Source: Octopus sinensis
Lineage: Eukaryota
Direction of reading: 5' to 3'
Length of the DNA: 47,500 nt
Assembly: GCF_006345805.1 (NCBI RefSeq)
Contig: NW_021834520.1
Location: 1-47,500, forward strand
Of this stretch, positions 13,686 through 24,700 are shown in pieces. The notes under the pieces are model-generated. The model ran no database searches and was not told the DNA's origin. It saw only the letters and a program-made list of their open reading frames with translations. The first letter of the stretch is position 1, and every line of letters begins with the position of its first letter. The translations under genes were made by a program, and so were the position numbers.

Positions 13686-14351
13686 ATGTCAAAGGTAGCA
13701 GTAAAACGCCCAGCTCAGTATTGCTTAACGTTCGACGATGACAACTGCAGACCGAAGCGCTTTGACAGTAATATTGCGACGGAGAGAGACACTGGTCGAC
13801 AATATGAGCAAGATTTTAACAACAACATTTACAAAAAAGCTCTCGAAGATTTGATAGTTGCGGAGCTCAAAAAGAAACTCGAAGAGGAGGCACGCCGTTT
13901 TAAAAAGAAGTGGAACTATGATTTAACAGATCAAAAATTCCTGTCTGGTGACTATTGTTGGGAAGCAAAATCTGCCAAGTCCTTTCCAATATCTTACGCT
14001 AAGCATTGTTTTTATTCGTACTACGGAGCTCAGCCGCTGTACCTGAACAGTGATGAGTCGGGGGTGGAACCTGACTGCAATTCAAAATCTTATGACAACA
14101 ACGATAGCGGAACTGTTACACCACAACAAACTACAACTGTTACTACTACTGATGTACTATCATCGAACGACGAAATAGCAACAGAAACATTAACAAATAC
14201 TAATGATACTCGCTCAATTGGAAATCCTGTAACTACTATTTGTAACGAAAACGCGGAAAACGCTGATGGCTCCTTACGCTTAATACCTATAATTTGTTAC
14301 AAACCCAGGGATTCAGAAGGCGATATTCTTGATCGTCAAAGGCCAAACTGA
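13686..14351 (+). CDS. Nested, divergent Cip/Kip-like CDI-domain protein (221 aa) with an uninterrupted ORF
   Basis: Non-repetitive 666-nt ORF. ATG has A at -3 and an in-frame TAA at 13665-13667. CDI core LEEEARRFKKKWNYDLTDQKFLSGDYCWEAKSAKSFPISY matches the KWN[FY]D..L.G.Y.W....P..Y pattern. Thr/Asn/Asp-rich tail. Confidence 0.85.
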   Translation: MSKVAVKRPAQYCLTFDDDNCRPKRFDSNIATERDTGRQYEQDFNNNIYKKALEDLIVAELKKKLEEEARRFKKKWNYDLTDQKFLSGDYCWEAKSAKSFPISYAKHCFYSYYGAQPLYLNSDESGVEPDCNSKSYDNNDSGTVTPQQTTTVTTTDVLSSNDEIATETLTNTNDTRSIGNPVTTICNENAENADGSLRLIPIICYKPRDSEGDILDRQRPN

Positions 14352-14600
14352 GAAGCTTGAACATAAGTTGTATTTCAACAAATTCTGTCCTGCTGAACAT
14401 ATTCTTGATATATATATATATATGTGTGTATATATATATATACCGTCCACTGAAGAATCTGTCACACACACCTTTGTCCCTACCTCTTCGATTCGCCACC
14501 GCTATCACGTTTCAAATTGTATTTATTTCTATTTATTGATCATCATACAGCTATCATGCCTGAACTTTATCCAATTTTGTTTTCTTCGATGAAAAAGTTC

Positions 14601-14620
14601 ATATTTATTTAATTTATTTC
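14601..14620 (+). promoter_or_regulatory. AU-rich element cluster in the putative 3' UTR of the nested gene
   Basis: Three clustered ATTTA pentamers in atatttatttaatttatttc, 250 nt after the stop. The AT-rich background weakens significance. Confidence 0.3.
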
Positions 14621-16699
14621 TGAATAACTTTAAGAGAGAGAGAAAAAAAAACTCTTTGGACTTATTTTTGGGCGAAATTCCACCCGCCTTTTCTGGAAAG
14701 CCTTCCACGATCTCAAAAACAAAAAAAAAGTAACTTGATGATGTGAGGGTGGCTAAGCTTGTTTTGTCTTCTTACCGCTTTCCCCCGCTTCCTTCTTTCC
14801 TATGTGTGTAACTCGTTCGCTCCTTTTCTATAATATTGTGATAATGAGTTCAAAAGTGATCGTGTACGAACAGTTTATATAACCCGTTATCATAACTGCT
14901 CGATGTTGGCAGCAGGATTTATATCCGACTCACAAAATATACATCAAAATTGATCTCGTTTAAATAGAAAGAAACAAGACGAAACAAAACAAAAAAAAGG
15001 GCAACAAAACTTCGCTTGATTATAAATTAAATATGCAGCACAGAAAGAAAAAATGCTTAAGGATAAAAACCTCCGACGAGGCTGCATATTATTCTGATCT
15101 CGAGACTGCAATGTATAAAAATTGTCATTTACTAAAAAAAAAAGAAATGATCGAAGTAAAAGATTCCCAACGGTTAGTATGTAATTATGTTTAAGTACTA
15201 ACGCGCATGACTGCTGAAATTAACAATATTCTCACTCTGACACACACACTCACACACCCCTTTTACTCTGTGTATGTAAGCAAAAACATGGGTTGTTCAG
15301 CAAGTTGGTAGAAAAGTGTCTTATTAAAACGTCTCTTCGTATATAGATTTGCAACTATTTAGTCTTAAAATATAACTACATGATTAGGTTTTTACTCCTC
15401 AATTTTCTTTTGATAGTTGCGACCTCGTCTTTTCGATTACCACCGCCAGCCTGTTATTGGGTACCAAATACATATTTTCTCAGTTGATGCAATTTACATT
15501 ATTATACAAATAATAACGGGTTTAGATACACTTCTTCCAACTAAAATACATTAATCACATCACAAATAAGCATGTATGTCTTTTTAACATCTTGTTTTGC
15601 CGATTGTGTATCTTGTTTTGCCGATTGCGTGTCTCTCTCAAAATTTCTTTAGTCTATAAAATATTGCAAATGTTTCTTAAATTTCTAGATTTTCGTTCGG
15701 AACTACTACTTATTGTTTTTTTCATTTTTATATATGGATATTGTTTGCTTTATTGCTTTCTAAAAAAACAATTAGTCTAACGGTAGTATAGTAACAATCT
15801 GTCTAATCTTCAAAAAACAAAACTGCTTTTTCTGAAACTTTTCGATAATTACAAATGCCAGAAAATGTTCGTAACCAGAATGTTTAACGCGAGAGAGAGA
15901 GAGAGATGTGCGTGTGTGTAAAGACAACAGATTTGGAGGGAGGCGGGGGCTTAATGTCAGTTGACAGCAACGTACTTCCTTGTAACTAATTTAAAGGGGT
16001 CAGACCTTGTTATATATATAGTTTTACTCTGATTCTATACGAGTTTACCCTTTTTAAAAATACAAGTCGTCTGTGGAATACTCGGCCACTTGCACTACTG
16101 TTATATAATTGAGTACGTTCAATTTGTTCGAACAACTGGAATGCTTCATCATCGAAACTGATGACAATAACTACATCCATCATACATACCCCTTAAATTG
16201 ATATTTTAGCAACAGTAATAGTTGCTATTGTGGTGTGGGAAGCTGTCTGTGTGTGCCTGTGCGTAGTTTTCCAGACCTTGCCTCCTTTCCTTGTGCACAT
16301 TGTGTGTGTGTGTGCGCGCCTCACACACACACACACACACGCACTACATAATAAACACACATCTGGAACCGATGGAGGTTGTGATGAAGTAATCAGGCTT
16401 ATAGTAACTGTGTGTACTAAACGTGATTTGAGGAGGGAGGGAAAATTTGTATTACGAATTTTGTTGAATTTAAAGAGTTTTTAGTACGTCAACTACTTTA
16501 TATTACATGTTCAACATAATATTGTGTTCTTTAAAGGCATTGCAAAACAACAAATTAATACCTTTTATGACAGATTTTATCAATATGTGAAATACGTGTT
16601 ACGTGTTTGTATCTATCGTCACAGCTCGTCCTATCGAGGTTATTTATTGGAATCGATGAAATTCCTTTTAAAAATATGAAGCCTTGTGCTTAAATTGGA

Positions 16700-16915
16700 A
16701 ACTTATTGTTAACACAATTGTTAAACCGTCGGACAAAGATATTTAGAAGCATTTCGACTTATTTTTACGATTCTGAGTTCAAATCCCGCCGAAGTTGTTG
16801 ACATTTTATCCTTTCGAAGTCGGTGAAATAAAGTAGTGGTACCAAACAAACACCCAATTCATGTAGTAGTAAATCGACCTTCCTCTAAATTTCTGGCCTT
16901 GTACCCAAACTTGTA
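16700..16915 (+). mobile_element. Degenerate SINE family B copy in the host intron
   Basis: ttctgagttcaaatcccgccgaagttgttgacattttatcctttcgaagtcggtgaaataaagta...ctggccttgtacccaaa. Confidence 0.7.
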
Positions 16916-17244
16916 AACCTCAGTTGTATATGATGATGTGATGCGTTAGTCATCATTATAACCAGGCTCGTTCCCCATATCCCTCCAATTCTTTCGCAGC
17001 GTGGATATATAATCCTAAATGCGCGCGCGCTTCTTTTCTCTCTATCTCTTCTCTTCTGTTGTTAATCCAAACAATTCCCCTTCCCTTTCCCGAAACAAAA
17101 AAGAATTTTGTATTGTGTAACAAAATAATTTCATTATTATTATTATTATTATAAAAAAATATTGTAATCCAATAATCTTGATTTATTTTACTGCAAGTTT
17201 AGAATAAAAATTAAAAGTAGACACTTTTTTTTACTTTTTTGCAG

Positions 17245-17321
17245 ATTTTATGCCACACAGAAAGCGAACGCTATCTTATTGCCACACTGGAAACAGAGAA
17301 AAAAAATTAAGGAAAGAATAA
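17245..17321 (+). CDS. CDKN1-like: Host CKI coding exon 2 (second half of PIP box/degron plus basic NLS-like C-terminus)
   Basis: In frame with exon 1 it reads (D)FMPHRKRTLSYCHTGNREKKLRKE*, with TAA at 17319-17321. The junction QTKIVDFMPHRKR resembles Dacapo QPKITEFMKERKR and p21 QTSMTDFYHSKRR. Total CDS is 1404 nt (467 aa). Confidence 0.85.
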
Positions 17322-17355
17322 AAAGAATCAACCCCATATTGCTGTAACAATCAAC

Positions 17356-18645
17356 GTGAGTTTTGTTTTTGTTTAAAAAAGCATTCAACTTCTTTTAGCT
17401 GCTTTGCTCGAAGATCTCCGAGGGATGCGATAATCTTAGTTTAGTTATCTCCCTTGGTATTAATGTGTGTGTGCGTGCTTCATATTATAATATTTCGTGT
17501 GTAGAATAGATGTACGACTGCTTTAGAGCCACGTAAAATTGTCTCCCGTCTGCTTCCAGCGTAGTGTTTTTTTTTTAGCTACGACTAAATTCTGGATGTA
17601 CAGAGCAAAATATAGGAGAAATTACGATAAACATAAGCTCAAGTTTATTATATATCCTTTGTTCTTTCGACGTTTCACCGTTGAACTCTTCATTTTGCTC
17701 TTCCGGGGGAGGGCACTTTATTTGTTATTATTACATTATGTTTATGGCCGACACTTAGAAATAAAAATGCTTGTATAATATAAACTATCATAATACGGAC
17801 TAATTAGATCCAGCAAGTACTCGCACGAAGGAATCCTCGTAAAAGCGTGAATGCTCAAATCCCGTATGAAATGTCGTTATCGCGAGACTTTTTATGTAGT
17901 CTTTTATTATCTCCCTTACTTTTCCAGAAAGTTATTTTTTCTACTAATTTCTGATTAATGTATAAATGCATATTGTATTGTTTTGTGTTGTATAAATATA
18001 GTATATAGTGTAGTGCGTGAATTATATTATGAGAAAGAAATGCACATAGGTACAATATATGTCGATGCAAAATCTAACGCCATAGGTTTTTTTTTTTTTT
18101 TACATATATAGTTAGTCTCAAAGTAAAATAATAAATAGTACGTATCGTTTTTCTCTCGATTATAAACTATAAGATCTCGATTCGGAGATCTTTTAGAAAT
18201 TAATCTAGAGAGATCGTATAATAACAGTCTACATTATAATAGAGTTCATATTATATAATATATAGATTTATTTTGCTATGAGGTTGTACAGGTGGGAAAA
18301 CATCCCATGTTTTCAGTTTTCCTAGTCAATTTAGTTACGGCATACCTATACTATACAACTAACCGTTTTCTCCCCGCAAACGATCCAACTTCATTTCCGG
18401 CCAACTCTCAGAAAAATGAATATTTTTTTTTCAATTAAAATTTTCCGTGAAGACGCTTCAGATTGTATAGATTTGAGATTGTATTGGACTTTGCAGGGCG
18501 GGGACGACACTTGTGTAATATGTGTATGCCTTGGTTACCTAGTAAAATGATTCCTATTATATATAGTATGTCTGTCTTAATTAATTACCTTTAAATTTTG
18601 CATTTTTAAATATTTATTTTATTTCTATATTTTTTTTTATTGCAG
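17356..18645 (+). other. Probable 3'-UTR intron of the host CKI gene
   Basis: Donor AAC|GTGAGT 34 nt after the stop. Acceptor ttttttttattgcag ending at 18645, with an alternative cacag at 18656. Confidence 0.6.
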
Positions 18646-21600
18646 TTATTTCACAGAATGAACTCACTCAAGCAATAAATAAAAGAATACGTATATACAA
18701 GGACACTTCGTGACAAAATGAAATGGTCGCATCGTGAAGAATTTTCAAATACAAACAAGACTATAATTTATATATGTATATATATATATAATATTAATAT
18801 CTTGGTTGAGAAACCAGACTGTTCTTTCCACTCTATGGTGCTTTTATGGCAGCACAAAAAAGTTACTGATGATGACATTAAAATACATATGTAATTTTAA
18901 AGGCTGCGAAGAGACTGAAATAAGAATGCTGGAAGAAAAAGCAAAATTTATTCAACTCAACTCCTATAGCTGGAAAAAACATTCACCCCCACCCCCCTCT
19001 TGGGAGAAGTGTGATTCCTTTGCAGAGAAATGCTTGAGAAAAAGCTATTTAGAATAATTGAGTGAAATCATCTATTATCTCTGAGTTTAAAAAACCCTTT
19101 TTGGCATTGAAATTATTCTGTCAAATATATAATACTTCAATAATATTCATTGTTTTGAATTAATCATGTATATTATCTCGTAAGGTTTTCAATGATGTTC
19201 GTTTATTTTAAAGAATGACATTGTAGGATTGGTGTAAATGGCCTGACCTGGCTAATTTGAATGAACACACGGAAGAATAATTTGAGCCAGATATGTCTGA
19301 TTCAAATGCTAAAAAGGGTTAAGGAATCGTAAGGCACTTGCATCATTTCCCCTCACATCCAGTCTTTTGTGGTTTTTATAAAGATCTCTCTCTACATTGA
19401 TTTATTAATTTAAAATATTGAACTGGAGGTTTAGGTTCAAAGAATATATATTATTATTAGATATAGGAGAGTATGAGAGTTTGTGCGTGTGTGTATATGA
19501 GTGTGAAATTTTCATTCAACTGTTGCATTCCTTTTTTTTTTTTTATGAAATGACAAAAATCAATCACATCATTAAATTTATATTTTTATATTTAAATATC
19601 ATTCTTATATAAAAAACAATAATTGAAAAAAAAAAAAGTTAAGGTAGAAAGAACAATTCAATCTTAATGTGATAATATTTTGCTGTTGCAGAAATCACTT
19701 CAGGGAATCAATGTATGTTTTTTTATACCAATATAATAATGATAAATAATTAAAATTTAATCAGTTTGTTATGAAGAAGAAAATCTGCAAACATCAAAAG
19801 TAGTGTTTAAAAGAAGCTTATGTGTTGTGTAGTAATTCTGATTAAAAAACAAAGAAATTAAGTTAGCTAAGTTAGCTTAACGGTCCAGCATTGAACAATA
19901 TAAAAATATTTTTCCACTGCTCGATGTACGATTTGCTGGGACCAAGAAGGAATCATTATTTTTAATTAACTTTTTCAACTTAAACCCCCCCCCCCATACA
20001 TGGTAATTAAATCTTGCTGCTAAAAGAATCTCCATTTGAAAATTGGAAGAAAATCTTGAATAGATTTTTTTCCTCACCTCTTGAAAAATTTTTGTCTTTA
20101 GCTAGTTTTTTTTTTTTTTTTTTTTTTTCCAATATTGTAGCATTTGTGTATGTGTGTGTCTGTGTAACACAGTAGGCAGCATATCTAGTTTGACTGCAAC
20201 AGGATGTGAGTGTGAATGGGAAACTGTATCATTCAAAATATTAGTTTTAAGTGTGAATAGAAAAAAGCGAAGTATTATAAAGCATTTAAGAAGCTGCTTG
20301 CTGCAGAATTTACATTGCTTCTAATGAATGTGGTACACAAAAATGAATCATGATTATTAGAATTGTATTATTTATTTTTCACAGATTCTTTTCAAAATTC
20401 TCTTTCATAAATGATTATCATTTTCAAAGGTACATATAATTATTATTATTTATATATTTAAAAACAGAAAAATTAACATTAAAAATGAGTTAGAAATAGA
20501 CAAAAAAAAATATATTTTTCAATGAATCTAATTAATATTATATTTATAGATTGAGTATTCTTAAAAATTCTGTGATAAGGCTTAAGTGATCTCGAGAATC
20601 TTATTATGATTGATCCCATTAAATTTAAACAGTTGGATCAGTGTGATGTTTGAAAAGGAAAATTGTGTTTGCATATTATACATATATATTATATACATGT
20701 GTATGTAATATATATATATATATATATATAGTGTGTGTGTGTGGTTATGTACATATTATTACTGCTGCCAATATGTTTTTTTGCTCCATTTCATTATTTA
20801 TTTAATATGCTCATAGAAAAAATTCTTTTGGTTAGATAAATATAAAATGAATGGATTCTTTTTGCTTTTCCAAATGTGCATAGAATATATGTACTGTGCA
20901 AAATTTCTATCATACAGAGAAAAGAAAAACTTCATAATTTAAATTCTCTTTGTAATAATAATAATAATAATAATAATGATGATGATAGCTTTGACTTAAT
21001 AAGTGAACAAGATATGTAAAGAAGATAATGACTTAATAAGTGAACAAGATATGTAAAGAAGATAATGACTCATTTTTCATTAACTATACATATAATTAAT
21101 ATACAACAAATTTTGATGCAATTAAACAGGTTTTTTCCAGCAGTAAGTTAGTTTTTAGATTTAAATACTTTTTTTTTTTTTTACAAGTAGCATCATCTTG
21201 GCAGCAGTATTTTTTACATCGTTAGCTTTTAGTAATGGGGGTAAATTATTAAAATAGTTTTAAATATTTTGACAAATGCAATTTTTTTATTATATAATAA
21301 TAAATGCTGCTGTTTATTTTTGTTCTTTGAGCCTTACATGTTCAATTTGACTTAATGTGTGAACTCGTGAAGATTTGATCTCCATCTTAAGAAAATCTTA
21401 TGAGCTTTACAAAAAATATGAAAATATATTTTTCTTTGTTGAATTATTTTATTTATGCATGTGAAAAATAATGAACATATTGTACATAATTTATATTTTC
21501 AATTTCTCATTTAATGGATAGAAAAAAACTAAAAGAAAACTCAACAACAGTAAAAATACATACTACATACACTTACTTATCAGTCACATCAGAATGTTGA

Positions 21601-22030
21601 AGCTCAGTTCACATTTATTGACAAATATTTTCCATTTTCTTTTATCTTTTTCCTTCTATTTACCTACAAAAAATCTTTTCTTGACTTCTTTCTTTCTTCA
21701 AGATATTTTCATTTATATTTTAACATGCTTGCACAAAAAAATCATCTCTGCATGTGCACACACACACACACACACATACACACACATGAACGAACACGCA
21801 TATAAACAACACACTAAGCATAATTCAGATGGTACCTCATCCATCTCATTGAGTGTGTACAAAAAAATGTCCATAAAATTATTAAATTGAAAAAATCTAT
21901 TTATTTATTTAAAAACATATTGTTAAAGTTTTTTTATGTGTAAATTATATTAAAAAAGTAATTATGAAGAAAATTTGGAAAAGAAACACATTGAATGAAA
22001 ATGTAATAAATATTATTATATTGTTTAATT
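18646..22030 (+). other. Putative long AT-rich terminal 3'-UTR exon
   Basis: TE-free AT-rich sequence after the acceptor. AATAAA at 22005-22010 is followed by a TG/T-rich tract (ttgtttaatttgtttgctcttgtttgtc). Earlier AATAAA hexamers exist, so the end is uncertain. Confidence 0.4.
20992..21070. repeat. Perfect 37-bp tandem duplication
   Basis: tgacttaataagtgaacaagatatgtaaagaagataa occurs twice, followed by tgact. Confidence 0.95.
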
Positions 22031-22531
22031 TGTTTGCTCTTGTTTGTCTTTAACATCAATTTTTATAACCCCTTTTCACTGTGGTTATTTTTCATCACTG
22101 ATGTTTATATACCAAGAAGTAAAATTGGTATTTTCTGTGAATCAAGTTGCCTCGATAAACTTGACTTGACTTTTATAGTAAATCTAATCTCAAACAAAAA
22201 TAGTTTCAAGCATAATAACAAGTTTGGTATATAAAAAAAACTGTGTTATGAAGTTTGGAGGTAATTGAAATTTTGAATGGATATTATCTAATATGCACAG
22301 TAGAAGGGTTAAAATGGCTTTTTATTGATTAGTTTGCTGAGTGTGAGGCAGCTTGCTTTTCTCATCTGACTCCTTACTCAAGAATGTTGATTTATGCCTA
22401 GAACTTTTCTCCAATAAATGGTGGTGGATTAATTCTCATAAAAATATTGAGTGCAAAGCACTTCTTCCACAGAGTGTGGTTGATATATAAGAAAGGCAAG
22501 ATTATTATTGATTCATCGTTGTTGTTTGACT

Positions 22532-22900
22532 TGCAAAATCCTCTGGGATTTCCCAATCCAAACAGATCAGGTGATGGAGCATAAAACAGAGTGGACGGAC
22601 CTAGTGGTGGCCGACAAGATGCACCACATGTGCTATATATATAGTTGACGTTGTGTGCCTCTTTGATCCACGAACGGTCAAGAAGGAAGGCGATAAAACA
22701 TAAGTACAACCCTCTTAAGTATGAAATAGTCCAGCTATGAGAAAATGAAGGTGAAGAAAGTGCCAGTTTATTGTTGGGTCCTTGAAGACCGTATCGAGAG
22801 GAATATATAAAGGAAATTGGAATAGAGTGCCCAGTAAGAACACTTACAGTTTGCTTCCTTGGCATGGCCTAAATAATCAGTAAATTAATTAGATACTTGA
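22532..22900 (+). pseudogene. Relic of an RLE-endonuclease non-LTR retrotransposon (R4/Dong-like), C-terminus
   Basis: Frameshifted + strand translation: CKILWDFPIQTDQVMEH / WTDLVVADK / IVDVVCLFDPRTVKKEGDK / KYNPLKYEIVQL / IGIECPV. This matches the ILWDF.IQTD...RPD.VV.DK....ID..P.D....KE..K..KY restriction-like endonuclease signature. Confidence 0.75.
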
Positions 22901-23683
22901 AAAAACAGATAGCATGGTTACTGTAGGCTGCCTCTCGCCATATCATGCCCTCAGTACATCGTGGATATATCTGTAAATTTATATATTGCAGACTCATCCA
23001 GTCAGTATATCCATGGGTTTCTTGCTTCTCTGCTCATTTTGTTGTCACCTTTCCTTTCCTTTCATGATAAATACCTGGTTGATCCTTGCTAGTCAGTAGT
23101 TAATGTTTGTTCACAGGAAGAATCTTTCTATATAAGCAAGCCATGCAAAAAAGCGGAAACTATTAATAGGCTCCAGAGCTGAGGACCTTCATTTGAGATT
23201 TTTATTCCTCACTGCAAGTGGGGAGAGATGATAACTGGCAATTTCTAGAGCTCAACCAGCCGTCCAAGAATTTGTACCTGGAGATCTCCATTTCCAGTGA
23301 CTTCGAGGGCCACCTCCCAGTGGTGTCGGGCGTCAATGAAGAGCCCTCGACTACAACAAGATGACCAAAGTTTTTTTTTTTCCAAGGTCTGGGCCTCCCG
23401 CCCCTAAGGCCTAGACCATCACCTAATCACCCTTACCCGTCTTGTTGCTTAACAACAAGAACTTCAACCAAGAAATGAATTGAAGTCAAGATGGAAGAAA
23501 TAGTTGCAGTAAAACAGCTTAATACATGATGGAGCCACTGCTGCTGCTGCAAAGGTCATAATTTCTGTTGCAAAACAAGTAGAGAAAGAGCAGTAATTTG
23601 TTTCACTTTTAAATATGTCCAATATATATATATATATATAATCTTTCTGAATGGCACACCAAACAAAAAAAAAACACTACCTT

Positions 23684-23717
<34 letters not shown>

Positions 23718-24174
23718 AATGCAGCCCACCTGCTGATGAGCCATGTCTCATGCAGACTACTTCTCAAGAATATTTGCCCATGCCAGCTTGCTCTTCTAAA
23801 TCAATTTTTATAAATTTACATTGAAGGATATTGAAATAGAAGTAATTTTAATAAAATTCTTCTTTTTTTTTTTTTGTGCAAAAGGGCTGAGATATATATA
23901 AAATGTCAACCATACAAAAATTAAATGTGGGTGCTAATTAAATTGCCAGTCTTGCCTAACAAATAACAAAATCCTTAAATTCAAAAAGTATACAAAATAC
24001 TTTGCATCAATTAATTACCCATGCCTGCTTTGCTCTATGTCAATTTTTAAAAATTTACATTGAAGGATGAAATAAAAATGATATTTGGTAAATTTTTTAC
24101 TAAAATCCTTTTTTTGTGCAAAAGGGCTTGAGAGATATGGCCGATTTCAGAAACATAATTTTATTCTGGAAAAA

Positions 24175-24700
24175 TTAATAGTCAAAGTATGAGCAGTATC
24201 TATGCATCTCAGCCAATCAATCAACAAGATTATTTATGCTTTGTTGATAAAAAACTTGTTGGTTTGATGCTAAGAAATCTTTGAAAGTTGATTCTACCTC
24301 TGGTTTGGATCTGAAAGTTTTACCACTTGAAAATGTGTTAAAATGTTAAAAAAAAATGGTAGTCAGTGGATGAAAGATCAGGAGAAAAGGGAGGATGTGG
24401 TAAAAGTCTCATATCCCTAGTCTGTGAGTTTCTGCAGTGTCATTCTTGTGACATGTGACTTTGCATTATCATGGAGCAGAATTGGGCCATGCCAATTCAC
24501 CATTTTTTTTACAAGTGAGCATGCATTTCAGTGATTTAATTGCCGTAAACCTCTGCTGTAATGCTCTGATTGGCTTCCAGAAAGCTGTAATAGACAATAC
24601 CAATTGAAGACCACCAGACGGTCACCGTAATTATTTTTGCTGATGCAATTTTGGCTTTGGGAAAATGTTTGAGGGACTCATCATGACCAAGCCATTGACC
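24175..24700 (-). pseudogene. Mariner transposase relic (C-terminal catalytic half)
   Basis: Minus-strand translation with stops and frameshifts: KHFPK...VTVWWSSIGIVYYSFLEANQSITAE, GPILLHDNAKSHV...LQKL, LPHPPFSPDLSSTDYHFF. This matches mariner (Hsmar1-type) HDNA and YSPDL motifs. Confidence 0.88.

Larger units (their letters stand above)
9115..17244 (+). other. 8130-bp phase-1 intron of the host CKI gene; contains the nested CKI paralogue
   Basis: GTAAGT donor at 9115. Polypyrimidine tract plus acceptor (ctttttttactttttttgcag-like) ending at 17244. The spliced product reads G|AT = Asp and completes a PIP motif. Confidence 0.85.

Noticed and set aside
9114-13686. Splicing of host exon 1 into the inner ORF to make a two-CDI fusion protein
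   Set aside because: With the phase-1 donor, the candidate acceptors at 13634, 13658 and 13685 all enter the inner ORF out of frame. There is also an in-frame TAA at 13665-13667.
16147-16165. GAAAC and CTGATGA hammerhead core words
   Set aside because: The words overlap, leaving no room for stems I and III. Only a small hairpin.
13686-17321. Inner ORF as an alternative first exon sharing the PIP exon (protocadherin-like variable/constant layout)
   Set aside because: No convincing phase-1 GT donor precedes the inner stop at 14351. Not supported by sequence, though RNA-seq should still test it.
16235-18298. GTGGGAA CSL/Su(H)-like sites in the host introns
   Set aside because: Isolated 7-mers, not a paired site, and expected by chance.
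22398-22865. 155-aa minus-strand ORF
   Set aside because: It is antisense to the RLE retrotransposon relic on the + strand and has no recognisable motif.
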